Assembly: GCA_035084275.1 (NCBI GenBank)
Contig: CM068745.1
Span: 83,576,001-83,640,000, forward strand
DNA length: 64,000 nt
Origin: Hydrolagus colliei
Taxonomy: Eukaryota
Direction: 5' to 3'
A model generated the notes under the pieces. It had not been told where the DNA came from and did not search any database. It was given only the letters and a program-made list of their open reading frames with translations. A program made the position numbers and the translations under genes. Positions 1 to 11,606 of this stretch are shown here, one piece after another (the first letter of the stretch is position 1; each line of letters opens with the position of its first letter).

Positions 1-33
1 GATGAGACATTTTATAGAGACATTCCCTACCAG
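1..33 (+). CDS. Putative penultimate coding exon (3' part) of an unidentified upstream gene
   Basis: Open frame DETFYRDIPYQ ends at a strong donor, CAG|GTGAGC. It joins in phase 0 to 749-838. No protein family recognised. Confidence 0.4.
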
Positions 34-748
34 GTGAGCATGTTTGGCTAATTCGTTGCCCCCCCCTCCCTCTTTCTAACTAGAGGAAAGTGTTCGATCA
101 TCTGAGCCATATAAAGTGCATCAAAACTAACCCAACCCATCAAATCAAAAATCTTTTGCAAATCTCTTGTTATCAGTTTGTTTAGGAAGCTGGTACTTCT
201 CTGTCAGACCTGCCCACGCCGGGCGTTTAGAATTTACCTGGACACGCGGAGGTACATGTTTCACTGATCGCTTGAAGTCAGAAGTCAGTTTTCTTTGCGT
301 CTGAATTTGCCATTATATAAATATAATCTAAAAGACTGTGAGAATTAAGTGTCATGTGCATGATTGTGTGTGTGTGGTGGTGGGGGGGGGGAGGTGTATA
401 CCATCTCTCCGAACGTCCTGTATTCCTACAAACGTTCATGATTCTCTAAAGAGCTATTTTCCCTGTCCATTTCCCCCCACAGCCCACACCAATGCAATTC
501 ACCTGCTTATGTGAGTGACAATTGGCCTGTTTACATTACAGGGGCCACAAGAGCAAGGCATCTATTGAATATCCAACTCCCATCTAGTGGCTTGGTTGAT
601 AACTGATAAAAAAAAAAGCATTGCTTTTTGACAAAAGAAGTGTTTTGAGCCCAGCTCCCTCCCCCACCCCTTTAGCTCAGATTAGGATTTGAATCTTTCT
701 GACACGTATCCAGATTTATCTCAAATTGGGTTTTTGGCTTGATTTCAG

Positions 749-838
749 GTTGTGGGTGGGACATTCATGACAAAAGTCCGATATGGATTCTCTTCCCCCC
801 ACCTCACCCCTCAGGTAGAGACTAAACCTCAGTGTTGA
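749..838 (+). CDS. Putative terminal coding exon of the same unidentified gene
   Basis: Acceptor TTTTTGGCTTGATTTCAG|G, then VVGGTFMTKVRYGFSSPHLTPQVETKPQC*. AT-rich UTR-like sequence follows, with AATAAA at 1308-1313. Confidence 0.4.
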   Translation, partial: VVGGTFMTKVRYGFSSPHLTPQVETKPQC

Positions 839-1887
839 ATTCAGTCCCCTTTGTCACCCTGCACACTCTTGTCGTCTCACTTCCGTTGCCAAAGTAATCT
901 GTAGAAATCCTGTAACAAATTTCCCATGATTTCAACCAGGGAAATGTTTCTATCATTGAGATATAATTGTTAAATTTAGCCGGATTACGCAGAGGGACAG
1001 TGAGAATACTGCAGCCATTTGCTTCCCAAAAAAAGGGATTCTGCTATAATGAGGAACCCACACTTCCTCGTATTTAATTATCATATCCTGTTTCACCCTC
1101 ATTATTTACAATCGTCTGGAGAGGAGAATGTGTATAAAGTGGCTGTGTAGTTTACCTTCATTCCTTTCTGTCCGGGAGCACTTTTAAAATATATATATAT
1201 ATGTATTTTTTTACAAGTGTTCAATTATTACATTGCTGGCTGGAGATTTTATTTCTGAAGACATCACACTGTGAAATTATGTGTTATTACCTTTCTGGAG
1301 ATTATACAATAAAAGTAATCCACTGGTGCTTTTTAATACTGTACATGTGAGGTCATCCTGCAATTCTGTGTTGTTAATAATAATAAGAAAGTGAAATAAT
1401 CATTGCTGTAAAGAGAATTCAAAGGTGGTGGGAAGTATAGAAGTGATCTCAGATGAGTGGGTTATACAGGCACAATCAGTATTGAGCTAAATGATAACAC
1501 AGACGTGGAATGAACAAAGCAGCAGATAATATGACAGTATGTTAAAACATTGAAACGGTTTGAATCAATATTTGAGCCAACAGGTCAAACATTCTTTAGT
1601 ACCGGAGTTTGGATTTCAAATGGAGCCTGTATTACGTAGAGGCAAAATTCATCGCAAGATTGGTCTGAAGAAATGTGCTTGAAAAAAATTATATTGGTTA
1701 AATCGAAACAATGTAAACAGAAACGTCGTAAATCGTGGGGTTTGGGGGGGGGTGCGATACCTGTACTGTATTTGTTGTCGGCCTGATTCAGTTGGTGGCG
1801 CTTTCACCAGTGAGCCTCCATGACAATCACCTCCATGAAACCCACCACGTGCTCATTGGACCCCATCCCCACCCCCCTCCACCGCAC

Positions 1888-3217
1888 CCACTCATTTCTG
1901 ACACCATTAACCTTTCCCTCTCCTCAGGAACCGTCCCTACCTCCCTTAAAACAGCCACCATCACCCCTATCCTGAAGAAACCTTGATGATTGCGTCGCAA
2001 CCATCAAGGTTTTTCCTCCCACCTCAACCTTCAAGGCACAGTCCTTGACTGGTTCCACTCTTATTTGACCCATCGTTTACATTTTGTTTCTTCCAATGGC
2101 TTTTCATCAAACCCCTGCACAGTTTCTCACGGCATCCCTCAGGGCTCTGTCCTCGGTTCCCTTCTTTTCACCCTTTACACGCTCCCCCTGGGCGACGTCA
2201 TCCGCAAACATGGGGTAAATTTCCACATGTATGCGGATGACACCCTGTTGTACCTTTTCCGCCTCATCCCTCAACCCCCAGACCATCGATGTTCTGACAG
2301 CATGTCTGTCCGACATCGAGTCGTGGACGAGGGACAACTTCCTCCAATTGAACGTGAGTAAGACCGAGGCCCTCCTGATTGGCTCAAGCCAGCGCCTCCG
2401 CACATCGGGCGCTGCCAGCCTCAACATCCAATGCTGCACTCTCCACCTCACAAAGCCAGTCAGGAACCTCGGCATCATGTTCGATCAAAAACTCTCCTTC
2501 CTCCCCCACATCCGTGCCTTGACCGGGACCGCCTATTTCCATCTGCGCAACATTGCCAGGCTCTGTAATTATCTTACCCCCCGCGCTGCCGAAACACTCG
2601 TGCACGCTTACATCACCTCACGGCTGGACTACGGAAATTCTCTCCTCGTCGGCCTCCCCAGTTCCTCCATTCACAGGCTGCAGGCCATCCAAAACTCTGC
2701 AGCCCGTGTACTATCCCGCACCCACCTCCGTGACCACATAACCCCCACCCTCGCCCGTCTCCACTGGCTCCCCATCCTCCAGAGGATCGAATTTAAGATC
2801 CTCGTCCTCACCTACAAGGCCTTACACGGCCTTGCCCCATCCTACCTAACCGATCTACTCTCCTCCTACATGCCCACCTGGACCCTCCGTTCAACAGGAC
2901 TTGGCCTGCTCCAAGCCCCCCGCCCGAACCGCCCCACCATCGGAGGCCGGGCCTTCAGTTTCTCCGCTCCCACCCTATTGAATGCCATCCCTCAATCCCT
3001 CCGTTTCGTCTCTTCCCTTTCCTCTTTCAAGGCCGATTTGAAGACTTTCCTCTTCGATCGTGCCTTTTGTTCCACCCCGAACTCTTTTACCTCCCCTTCG
3101 TGTTTCACCCCTTCCCAAACACTCCCCTCCCAGCTCGGGTCACACGCCTCTTGTTTAGCGCCTTGGGACGTCCTCCCGACGTGAAAGGCGCTATATAAAT
3201 GTAAATTGTTGTTGTTG
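1888..3217 (+). mobile_element. L2-clade LINE, 5'-truncated and frameshifted ORF2 (RT plus C-terminus) with 3' tail
   Basis: Motifs [19 protein letters not shown] and LHWLPILQRIEFKIL. Ends in GCGCTATATAAATGTAAA(TTG)n. Confidence 0.92.
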
Positions 3218-4029
3218 AGCCCCGGGGTTGTGGTTTCCCATTGACATGCCCCACGTCAGGATTTGAAACTCACACTGTGTAACACTCCAATGCAGTGCTG
3301 GGGTGTGTGGCAGTGTTGAGAGGTGGTGTCCTTTGGGTGAAGATGTTGTTGACACCTCACCCCTGCCTGTTCAGGTAAACCTAGAGGATCCTATGGCACT
3401 ATAATAATAATAATAATACAGTAGAATAATAATCCTTGCATTTGATACAGTACTTTTCACGTCTTATCGACGTCTCAAAGCGCTTCACAGAATATACTGT
3501 AAAGTGTAAACCGTATGGTTGGGGGCGAAACTCTTCGAACAACCAAAGAAAATTCATGTCCTTCTCCCACAGAAAGGGTCCTAACCTCGCCTGAAAGCAA
3601 TATCTGCCAGCTACTAAAACGCATAAGTTTATTCTGAGTCTTAACACACACACACAGATTATCTAGTACATGTGAACAAAAAGATTGTATTCAAGTGGCT
3701 TATTTGATGAAGTTATCTGAGCGTCTTTGCCTCTTTTGAACTGTCGGGGGGTGGGGGGGGCAAATGGGTACTAGGATCTCCCTGCCAGCCACCCTTACCT
3801 TTTATATTCACCAATAAACAAACAAAATGACACTAGTGAGGCGCCATTCATGGGTCGGTGACGTTTTAAATGTTAAGTTGTAAATGTTAAGGATTTCTTT
3901 CTTTTAAATAAAAAAATACATTTCCAGGGAAAGCAAATGAAACCCAGGTCAGGGGCCAGACGCAAGTTTTTGTCAGGTTTCTGTCACTGGGGGAAAAAAA
4001 CCTTCAGCAAGACCTACCAAGTCTGGTGA

Positions 4030-4370
4030 GTGAGTCACATACATGGACACAGTCAGAGACAGACGCACACAGACAGAGACACGGACAGTGACAGACACAC
4101 AGAGACAGACATAGACACACACAGACAGACATAGACATACACAGACAGACATAGACACACACGGACAGAGACACACATAGACCGAGACACAAAAAAACAC
4201 ACAATGATAGACGCACATAGACTTACACAGACACTCACACACACAGACACATACAGAGAGACACTCGTAGACAGACAAGAGACAGACACACACAAAAAAA
4301 CAGACAAACAGACACACACAGACAAACACTTACACAGACGCTCACAGACAGACATTCACACACAGACACT
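4030..4370. repeat. Compound (CA/GA/GACA)n microsatellite
   Basis: Directly visible; it explains the VCVC-rich ORFs in the track. Confidence 0.9.
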
Positions 4371-4544
4371 AGTGGGTGGGAGGGTAGAGAAAGCTGTTAT
4401 TTGGTTTTCTCGAGTTGACTTGTATTTGAATGAAACTCCCCCCCCCCCCCCAGCCCTTGGTATTCGTGGCACTGTTTCCTCCTTGTTTTAAACAGACCAC
4501 ACACAGTAACCCAAAGCCAAGTTCCTCCTCTTCCCCTAAGCCTG

Positions 4545-4575
4545 TGACTCAGTCAGTGACTGAGTCAGTGAGTCA
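4545..4575 (+). promoter_or_regulatory. Cluster of three AP-1 consensus sites upstream of stefin copy 1
   Basis: TGACTCA 4545-4551, TGAGTCA 4561-4567, TGAGTCA 4569-4575. Function untested. Confidence 0.4.
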
Positions 4576-4659
4576 GGTACAGCAACCGTCACAAGACACA
4601 TTGACACACAGCAATTACTGAGTGTTACATTGTAGACCATCAGAGGATCTGCACTGATT

Positions 4660-4904
4660 TACACACTCTCACTCACTATCTCACTCGCTCACTAACACAC
4701 GCGTGCACACACACTCACACACACTCACTAACTCACGCACACTCTCACACTAACTCACTCACTAACACACACTCACTAACTCACTCACTAACTCACGCAC
4801 TCACTAACTCACTCACACACTCACTAACTCACGCACACTCACTCACACACTCACTAACTCTCACTCACTCATTCTCTCACACACACACACTCTCACTCAC
4901 TCAC
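4660..4904. repeat. (CACT/CA)n simple repeat immediately 5' of stefin copy 1
   Basis: Directly visible; a shorter mirrored version lies at about 13355-13510. Confidence 0.9.
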
Positions 4905-4930
4905 ATATAAATCAGACAAGTTCTGACATT

Positions 4931-5014
4931 ATGGCTGGTCAATTCCCCATGTGTGGTGGCATCAACCCCCAAGCCAACCCTGCCACACCAGAGATTCAGA
5001 AGCTTGCTGATGAT
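4931..5014 (+). CDS. Stefin (type 1 cystatin, cystatin A/B-like) copy 1, exon 1
   Basis: MAGQFPMCGGINPQANPATPEIQKLADD|GTGAGT. Has the conserved N-terminal Gly and a phase-0 intron as in CSTA/CSTB. A versus B orthology cannot be decided here. Confidence 0.93.
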
Positions 5015-5259
5015 GTGAGTATTTCTGTGAATGTGCCTCTCTCTCTCTCACTCTCTCTCTCTCCTCCTCCCGCCTTCACTCCCCTTCCTTCACCAAGCCA
5101 CCCCTGTTGTCACTACAGTCTGGTGACTTCCTGGTGTAGAATCCTCCCTGGAAATGAAATGTCTGTGCGGATGATGAAGCTGCTGCTTTTGCCGTTAAAT
5201 GTGATTTTGTTGTTGTTTTACTACAACAACTTGTGTATGTTTATCAAGCGCTCTTCATA

Positions 5260-5632
5260 ATAACAATACTAATAACCACAAGGCTTGCGTTTGACACTGC
5301 GCTTCTCACCTGTGTGACTGTATATTTTGTGGGTGAAACGCGGCAGCCAATTGCGCACAGCGGCGTCCCACAGACAGTCGTGGATTGAGTGACCAAATTA
5401 GTATTGGTTTTTTGTGAGGGATCCTTATCAGGCGTGTGGAGCAAGGAAACTCTCCCAAGGTTTCACTCTGACCGGCCGGGATTCAAACCCAGGACTCTCA
5501 CTGACATTGTAAACATCTGTGACCAGGGATCTCTTTGCCTCCTTGTCCTTGGCGCCATCCAAGTGTCATTGTGTTGTTGTTGTTGTTGTTGCAAGGCGAA
5601 TGCTCCAACCACTGAGCTACAGGACTACATAT
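5260..5632 (-). mobile_element. tRNA-derived Deu-core SINE in stefin intron 1, with a short L2-derived insert (about 5500-5590)
   Basis: Core CTGTGCGCAATTGGCTGCCGCGTTTC on the minus strand plus a tRNA-like head. Mirrored at about 12625-12995 (+). Confidence 0.75.
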
Positions 5633-6194
5633 CGGAATTGCTTTCAGGAACAAAATTACATTTGTATCATAATAATAATTTATACCCTTAATAATGTAAG
5701 AAAAACCAAAGCCCCCTCTCCTGACTTCTGTTGTTACAGATATCCCCCTGATTTACGAAGTTTCTCTTTACATGTTTTCGATTTAACGAACGTAATTTTT
5801 TTAACGTTTTGTTTCCTTTTCCCGACAAACATTTTTTGCACATGCACGGTACACAGTATAGTGTATTTTGCAGTAAAATCGCAGTCGTAAACTGTATCCA
5901 AGCGTCTGAAACCTTGCCTTTGTGGGCTGTTTTGTGTGTTATTTTGGTGGGTTGTTTTGTGTGTTAATTTGGTGGGTTGAAGGTCTGAAAATTTTGTCAA
6001 AAGAAGGCGTCTCGTGTTATATAATGGGACTGCGTAGGAAACCGCGTTTCTGTTTACGACATTTCGGTTTGTGTCACGATTTTCAGGAACGCAATCCCGT
6101 CGAAGATTGGGAGGTTCCTGTATTTCAGATTTCAAGCCTCTAGTGTTTTGCCATTGCCCTTAATAATGTCGTTGTTTTAATTCTTGTTCTTCAG

Positions 6195-6296
6195 CTGCGG
6201 AAAGCTATTGAAGAGAAGGCTGGAAAGCAGTTTACTGTGTTTGTGGCCACACATTACAAGACACAAGTTGTCGCTGGAACCAACTATTTTATAAAG
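6195..6296 (+). CDS. Stefin copy 1, exon 2
   Basis: TTCAG|LRKAIEEKAGKQFTVFVATHYKTQVVAGTNYFIK|GTAAAT. 102 nt with the QVVAG cystatin motif. Confidence 0.96.
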
Positions 6297-6859
6297 GTAA
6301 ATATTGTCCCTTTGGCAGGAAACAGTTACATTTTTACTATCAGAATAATCCTTGCATTTGACAGATGCCTCAAAGCGCTTCACAGGATACACTGTACAGT
6401 GAATTGACTATGTATTCTGCGGTGAAATGTGGCAGCCAATTACACATAACGTTGTCCCACAAACGCTTGTGGATTTGAGTGATTTCCTTTGTTTAAAAGG
6501 GATTTTTACCCTGGAAAAGCAATCCACCAATCGACGGTAACAACCGTGTTCCTACTTACTGCTGGGGAAACAGGAGTGCGGAGTGAGGAACCTTCACTAA
6601 AGTTTAGCACTGAGCAATAAACAAACCCAGCTTCTCTTGCTCACGAGACAAGCTTTTCCTCTGGTGTTGGGATTGTGAGCAGGAATGCAGAGTGACTGGA
6701 CACTCCCGTGGGGTTAGGGTAATGCTGGATTTTGATATTGAATCCTACTCGATGGCTGAATACGCAGTAAGAGACACTAGATTCCTCTTCCACATGTGTT
6801 CCACAGCCTGATTCCTTTTTTTCTCTCTCCATGTGATGTTTTTTCTTCTTCTTCTTCAG

Positions 6860-6988
6860 ATCCATGTTGGCGATGACGAATACCTGCATGTGAGAGTGTT
6901 CAAACCTTTAGATTTTACTAACGCATCCCCAGAAGCCCATAGCATACAGATGCAGAAGACGGCCGAGGACAAAATAACTTACTTTTAA
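6860..6988 (+). CDS. Stefin copy 1, exon 3
   Basis: Polypyrimidine tract and CAG|IHVGDDEYLHVRVFKPLDFTNASPEAHSIQMQKTAEDKITYF*. Typical stefin YF* end. Confidence 0.95.
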   Translation: MHVGDDEYLHVRVFKPLDFTNASPEAHSIQMQKTAEDKITYF

Positions 6989-7235
6989 AGCTGTTTGTTA
7001 TGCCGGTGCCTCTATATATCTGCGTAATTTTGTTGTTGTTGTTGCTTCTGCTGGGGTGTGAGCTGTTGCTGGTGTAGATGTAACTAAAACAAATTGTGGG
7101 ATACTGCTGTGTGCACCGTTGGCTGCTGTGTTTCACCCGCGTAATAACAGTCAATGTGCTTTAATCATATTCTGAAGTGCTCTGAGGTGCCTCAAAGACT
7201 TGACAAGACGCTATTTCAAAATGCAAGTACCGTTA

Positions 7236-7756
7236 CAGTCGACCCTGGCCGAACGTGACTTTCTCTCGAGTGCGGATTCGCCCATACACGCGAAGAAATA
7301 AATGCGGCACTTTTTTTGCGCGACGCGAGTAAAATTTGCGTATAGATTCCTCAGCCTCGGAGTAACCTGATGGCATTGCGTGGTAAACAGAAGAGACAGA
7401 GAGAGAGACAGAGAGAGAGAGGAGAGAGAAAGTCTCCTAACACTTCCAGGACCAAAGATAAAATAATTTAGCCAAGATGTGTTCAGTGTAAGGTGCTGTG
7501 TTAATGTCTCCAGTGAGTCAGTGAGAGCGGGGAGAGTGACGCGTGGGGAGAGCGGGGCCAGCCGGCTGTAGCCCACTTCAGTACGTACCTTGCGTTGGTC
7601 GGGTGTCGATGTGCCGGGAGGCTTGAGGAAGGCTAGTCTGTGGATGGGTTCCCCGAACCCCTTTATTCCCATCACTTATTAAACTTACCCAACGTGATTT
7701 TACCGGGTGCGCTGTTTCCCAGGAATGTAACCCCCGTGTTCGCCGAGGGTCTATTC
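7236..7756 (+). mobile_element. Tc1/mariner Tigger-like MITE in the 3' UTR of stefin copy 1
   Basis: TA on both sides (7234-7235 and 7757-7758). Imperfect TIRs CAGTCGACCCTGGCCGAAC / GTTCGCCGAGGGTCTATTC. The paralogous site in copy 2 has a single TA. Confidence 0.8.
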
Positions 7757-7797
7757 TATCTCTCGCTAAAGAGAAAACTATGCAATAACATGACGGC

Positions 7798-7803
7798 AAT
7801 AAA
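7798..7803 (+). terminator. Polyadenylation signal of stefin copy 1
   Basis: AATAAA, conserved with the homologous signal in copy 2 (10322-10327, -). Confidence 0.65.
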
Positions 7804-7912
7804 AAGATTGAGCTTGATTCTTGGGTTTTTTTTAGGGTGGGGAGGAAATGTCTAAATGTAACTTTCCTATGCAAACTGTCGTTTGTCAACAAAACAATCA
7901 CTCTACTCCTGC

Positions 7913-8160
7913 AGAGTCCTGCAGCTCAGTGGTTAGAGCACTCGCCTCGCATGTGGGTTCAATTCCAGGCAGGGGGAAACCTCGGGCAAGTTTCCTGACT
8001 CCACACGCCTAATAATAATCCATCAACAAAAATAAAATCGGTCATTTCAATCCACGGCTGTTTGTGGGGGACGCTGCTGTGCGCAATTGGCTGCCGCGTT
8101 TCCCCCACAAAATATACAGTCAATTCACTTTACAGTCTGTTCTGTGAGACGTCTAGAAGA
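7913..8160 (+). mobile_element. tRNA-derived Deu-core SINE
   Basis: A box CAGCTCAGTGG, B box GGTTCAATTCC, and the core motif. Confidence 0.8.
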
Positions 8161-8264
8161 TCTTCATTTTCAGCTAAAGATCTTTCTTTTCGACCGCTCC
8201 TTCAGTCACCTTTTTCTCCCTCCCCTGACTCGGGGGAGCGTGGAGTGAGTGAGTGAGTGGGTGA

Positions 8265-9389
8265 GTGAGTGAGTGAGGGCGCAATATAAATCCAAGTTGT
8301 TGTTGTTAATATAATATAAGTTGACTGACAATAGCAACAGAATAACGTGAAGGGAATCCTGGGAGAAGGGCCATGATTGGCCTGACTGGGTGGGTTAGCA
8401 GTTAGTGATGTACTGCTGACTGTGAAAGAACAGGCTGGTGTGAGCTGGCTGGGATAAGGTATGGACAACACCTACATACAGATAATTAACCACCATATGG
8501 GAGAGTCCTTCTCAAGGTGTGGGAAGGGAAGGGAGGCGAGCACAGGAAAATGAGGACAGTCCATGAGGGCAGCAGGAGAATGGGCCGAGTGCCACAAGCC
8601 AATGATGTGGAGACCGTTGGAAGAGGATGAGGTGAGGAAAGGCACAAGCAAAGGCACTAGACGATAACTAACTCGGTGATGTAAGGAGGAGCTCAAGGGT
8701 TACAGGAGGCAGTTCAAACAAAGTGTTAGCCAGGGAAGTGAGGCAAGGAAGGGAGAGACAGGACACTGACTACACCCCAATTAGGAGAAATCTGGATATC
8801 AATCCTGATGCTGATAGAACGGTGCAGAGATAGGAAGGTTTCAGGGAAAAGGGTACAACTCCAGAACGAGCCGGAGAGACAGAGACCAAGCCAACAGGAA
8901 AACAGGCAGCAGCAGGAAAGCCAACCAAGGATCAGAAGAGAAGAGGACAGGTCTGGCTGTTTAGGGGGTGGGGGGGTCGTGTGATCAGCCCACACCGAGA
9001 GTCAGACTATCAACAACTTGTGCTGTTGTGTGATTAGCCAGTACTGTAGCTTGGGAAGCAGCCCTGAAGGGTGAAGTCCAGAGTGAGAGAGAGAGCGAGA
9101 GAGAGAGAGAGAGAGACCGACCTATGGAAGTTCAGTAAACAGCAATCAGGACAGACCACAGAGGCAAAGAAACACACCACCAGAGGGAAACCATACCTTG
9201 AGCTGGTGCTGCTTAACAGACGTCCAGAGCCTGGTAATGTATTGACACACTCACACACCCACTCACTGCGGGGGTGAGAGCCGAGTAGATAAGTTACTAA
9301 TCCTTAAGAGCATCATCCTGTTTATCTTGATGCCTTGTGTCTGTGTGTGCCATACCATGTTAATTGGTATTGTAACTGTTGGCACCTAG
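8265..9389 (+). repeat. Local inverted duplication, arm A (partner about 17678-18778)
   Basis: Near-identical reverse complement; four matching ORF translations appear on opposite strands in the track. Confidence 0.92.
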
Positions 9390-10004
9390 ACGGCGTCTCA
9401 GAGCGCTTCACAGTATCAGATCCCGGGGCCGAGCCAGGGGGAGGGGGTGGGGGGGGGAGGGGGTGGGGGGAAAGGTGACCAGAAGCGCGGTCGAAAAGAA
9501 AAGTCTTGAGGTAGTGTGGTAGCATTTGCACCGTCTCTCTGGAATTCTGAATATACTGTAGATGGAGCCAAACATAACTATACTGGTCGCAAAGTGTCCC
9601 AGCTCGTGTGACTGATTTCTGATCAAGTTCCCCTTATTAGGCAATCCTGTGTCATGGTGGACAGCACCCATCCCTCGGCACCGTTCGAAAAGAGAAGGAT
9701 AAAGTTCTTCATTGATTTCATCCTAAGAACATGATCACAATCCTTGCATTTGACATTTGTGCCTCATCATGTCGTCGCGCAAAGAGCAAAGAGCAAAGCG
9801 TTCCTGTATATTTGGGGATATGATTATATTGTATTATTTTGGGGGGGGGATTATTGCCTTGTGCAAACAGGCTGCAGTGGGCTAAAAGTACACAGTTACT
9901 ACACTTTGCAATAGTGCCTATCAAGCAGTTTGACACGCTTTACTGCTGTGTTAAAGAGCGACAGCAAATGTAAGGATGATCAATGTATTATCGTGAATGA
10001 ATGG

Positions 10005-10195
10005 GATTGATTTGATTCAATAACAGCTTTTAAAAGAGACTGAGATCTTTATTTAGGGAGAGCAGATCTGTTAGGTTATGGGGAGAGAGAGAGCTGGGCA
10101 GTGGGACTGAATCGCTCTTTTCAAAGAGCCACCACGGACTAGATGGGCCGAATGGCCTCCTTTTGTGCCGTAAATCTCTTTGATTCTATGATTGG
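10005..10195 (+). mobile_element. CR1-type LINE 3' end
   Basis: GATGGGCCGAATGGCCTCCT...GATTCTATGATT tail. A similar copy lies at about 19340-19515. Confidence 0.7.
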
Positions 10196-10321
10196 GCCTG
10201 GTTTATGTGGAGTCCAGCAGCTCAGTGGTTAGAGCTCTAGCCGAGCAAACAAGGTTTCCTTTAGACATTTAGACATTTCCTACCCACCCTAAAACAAATA
10301 CAAAGAATCAAGCTCAATCTT

Positions 10322-10327
10322 TTTATT
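10322..10327 (-). terminator. Polyadenylation signal of stefin copy 2
   Basis: TTTATT on the plus strand, about 240 nt past the stop codon, in sequence homologous to the copy 1 3' end. Confidence 0.65.
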
Positions 10328-10567
10328 GCAGTCATGTTGTTGCATAGTTTTCTCATTAGCGAGAGATAATGGTACTTGCATTTGAAATAGTTTTGTATGG
10401 TAAACAGTGATAGAATATTAGAAGCATATTTTTTGGGGGGAGGGAGGGGGCGGAGGAGGGGGGGGGATTACAGTCAGATACAATATTTTTTAGTTACATC
10501 TAATGCCACCAACATTCCAGTCCCCAGCAGAAGCAGATACATGAAGGCGTCAGCATCACTGAGAGCT

Positions 10568-10696
10568 TTAAAAGTAGACTATTTCACCCGTGGCTGTGTG
10601 ATGCAGCTGAATGGCGGTTAATGACACCAGCGGAGAGTCACAAGGAATGGGTTGGAACATTCTTGCATGTAGGTAGTCATCATTGCCAACTTTGAT
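10568..10696 (-). CDS. Stefin copy 2, exon 3
   Basis: Minus strand TTTTTTACTTCTTCAG|IKVGNDDYLHARMFQPIPCDSPLVSLTAIQLHHTATGEIVYF*. Same 129-nt length as copy 1. Confidence 0.94.
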   Translation of the reverse strand: MKVGNDDYLHARMFQPIPCDSPLVSLTAIQLHHTATGEIVYF

Positions 10697-11504
10697 CTGA
10701 AGAAGTAAAAAAATCACATGAAAAATACAGGAATTAGCCTATTGAGCACACACACATATGTGTGTTTTTTATTGTGCACTTCAACTGCAAACCTTTATCA
10801 GAGGAGTAATAATAAATAATAATAATAATCTTTACATTTATATAGCGCTTTCCACGTCTCATCGACGTCTCAAATACATACAAGCATGACAAGGAATTTC
10901 ATGACCAAAATGTATATCAATATTATGTATGTAAAGCTATCTTAGTCTTGCCTTTCCAAATTCAATTGATCTGATGAAAACTTGCTTGAAAAGCTGTGAG
11001 AATTTTTGTGGAAGAGGAATCTAGTGTCTCTTACTGCGTATTCAGCCATCGAGTAGGAATCAATATCAAAATCCAGCATTACCCTAACCCCACGGGAGTG
11101 TCCAGTCACTCTGCATTCCTGCTCACAATCCCAACACCAGAGGAAAAGCTTGTCTCGTGAGCAAGAGAAGCTGGGTTTGTTTATTGCTCAGTGCTAAACT
11201 TTAGTGAAGGTTCCTCACTCCGCACTCCTGTTTCCCCAGCAGTAAGTAGGAACACGGTTGTTACCGTCGATTGGCGGATTGCTTTTCCAGGGTAAAAATC
11301 CCTTTTAAACAAAGGAAATCACTCAAATCCACAAGCGTTTGTGGGACAACGTTATGTGTAATTGGCTGCCACATTTCACCGCAGAATACATAGTCAATTC
11401 ACTGTACAGTGTATCCTGTGAAGCGCTTTGAGGCATCTGTCAAATGCAAGGATTATTCTGATAGTAAAAATGTAACTGTTTCCTGCCAAAGGGACAATAT
11501 TTAC

Positions 11505-11606
11505 CTTTATAAAATAGTTGGTTCCAGCGACAACTTGTGTCTTGTAATGTGTGGCCACAAACACAGTAAACTGCTTTCCAGCCTTCTCTTCAATAGCTTT
11601 CCGCAG
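11505..11606 (-). CDS. Stefin copy 2, exon 2
   Basis: Reverse complement of 6195-6296 with QVVAG and intact splice sites. Confidence 0.95.

Noticed and set aside
3973-4491. VCVC- and THT-rich ORFs
   Set aside because: Translations of a CA/GA microsatellite.
8202-9277. ORFs repeated at 17791-18812 as a possible duplicated gene
   Set aside because: They are identical only because the DNA is duplicated; no recognisable domain or exon chain.
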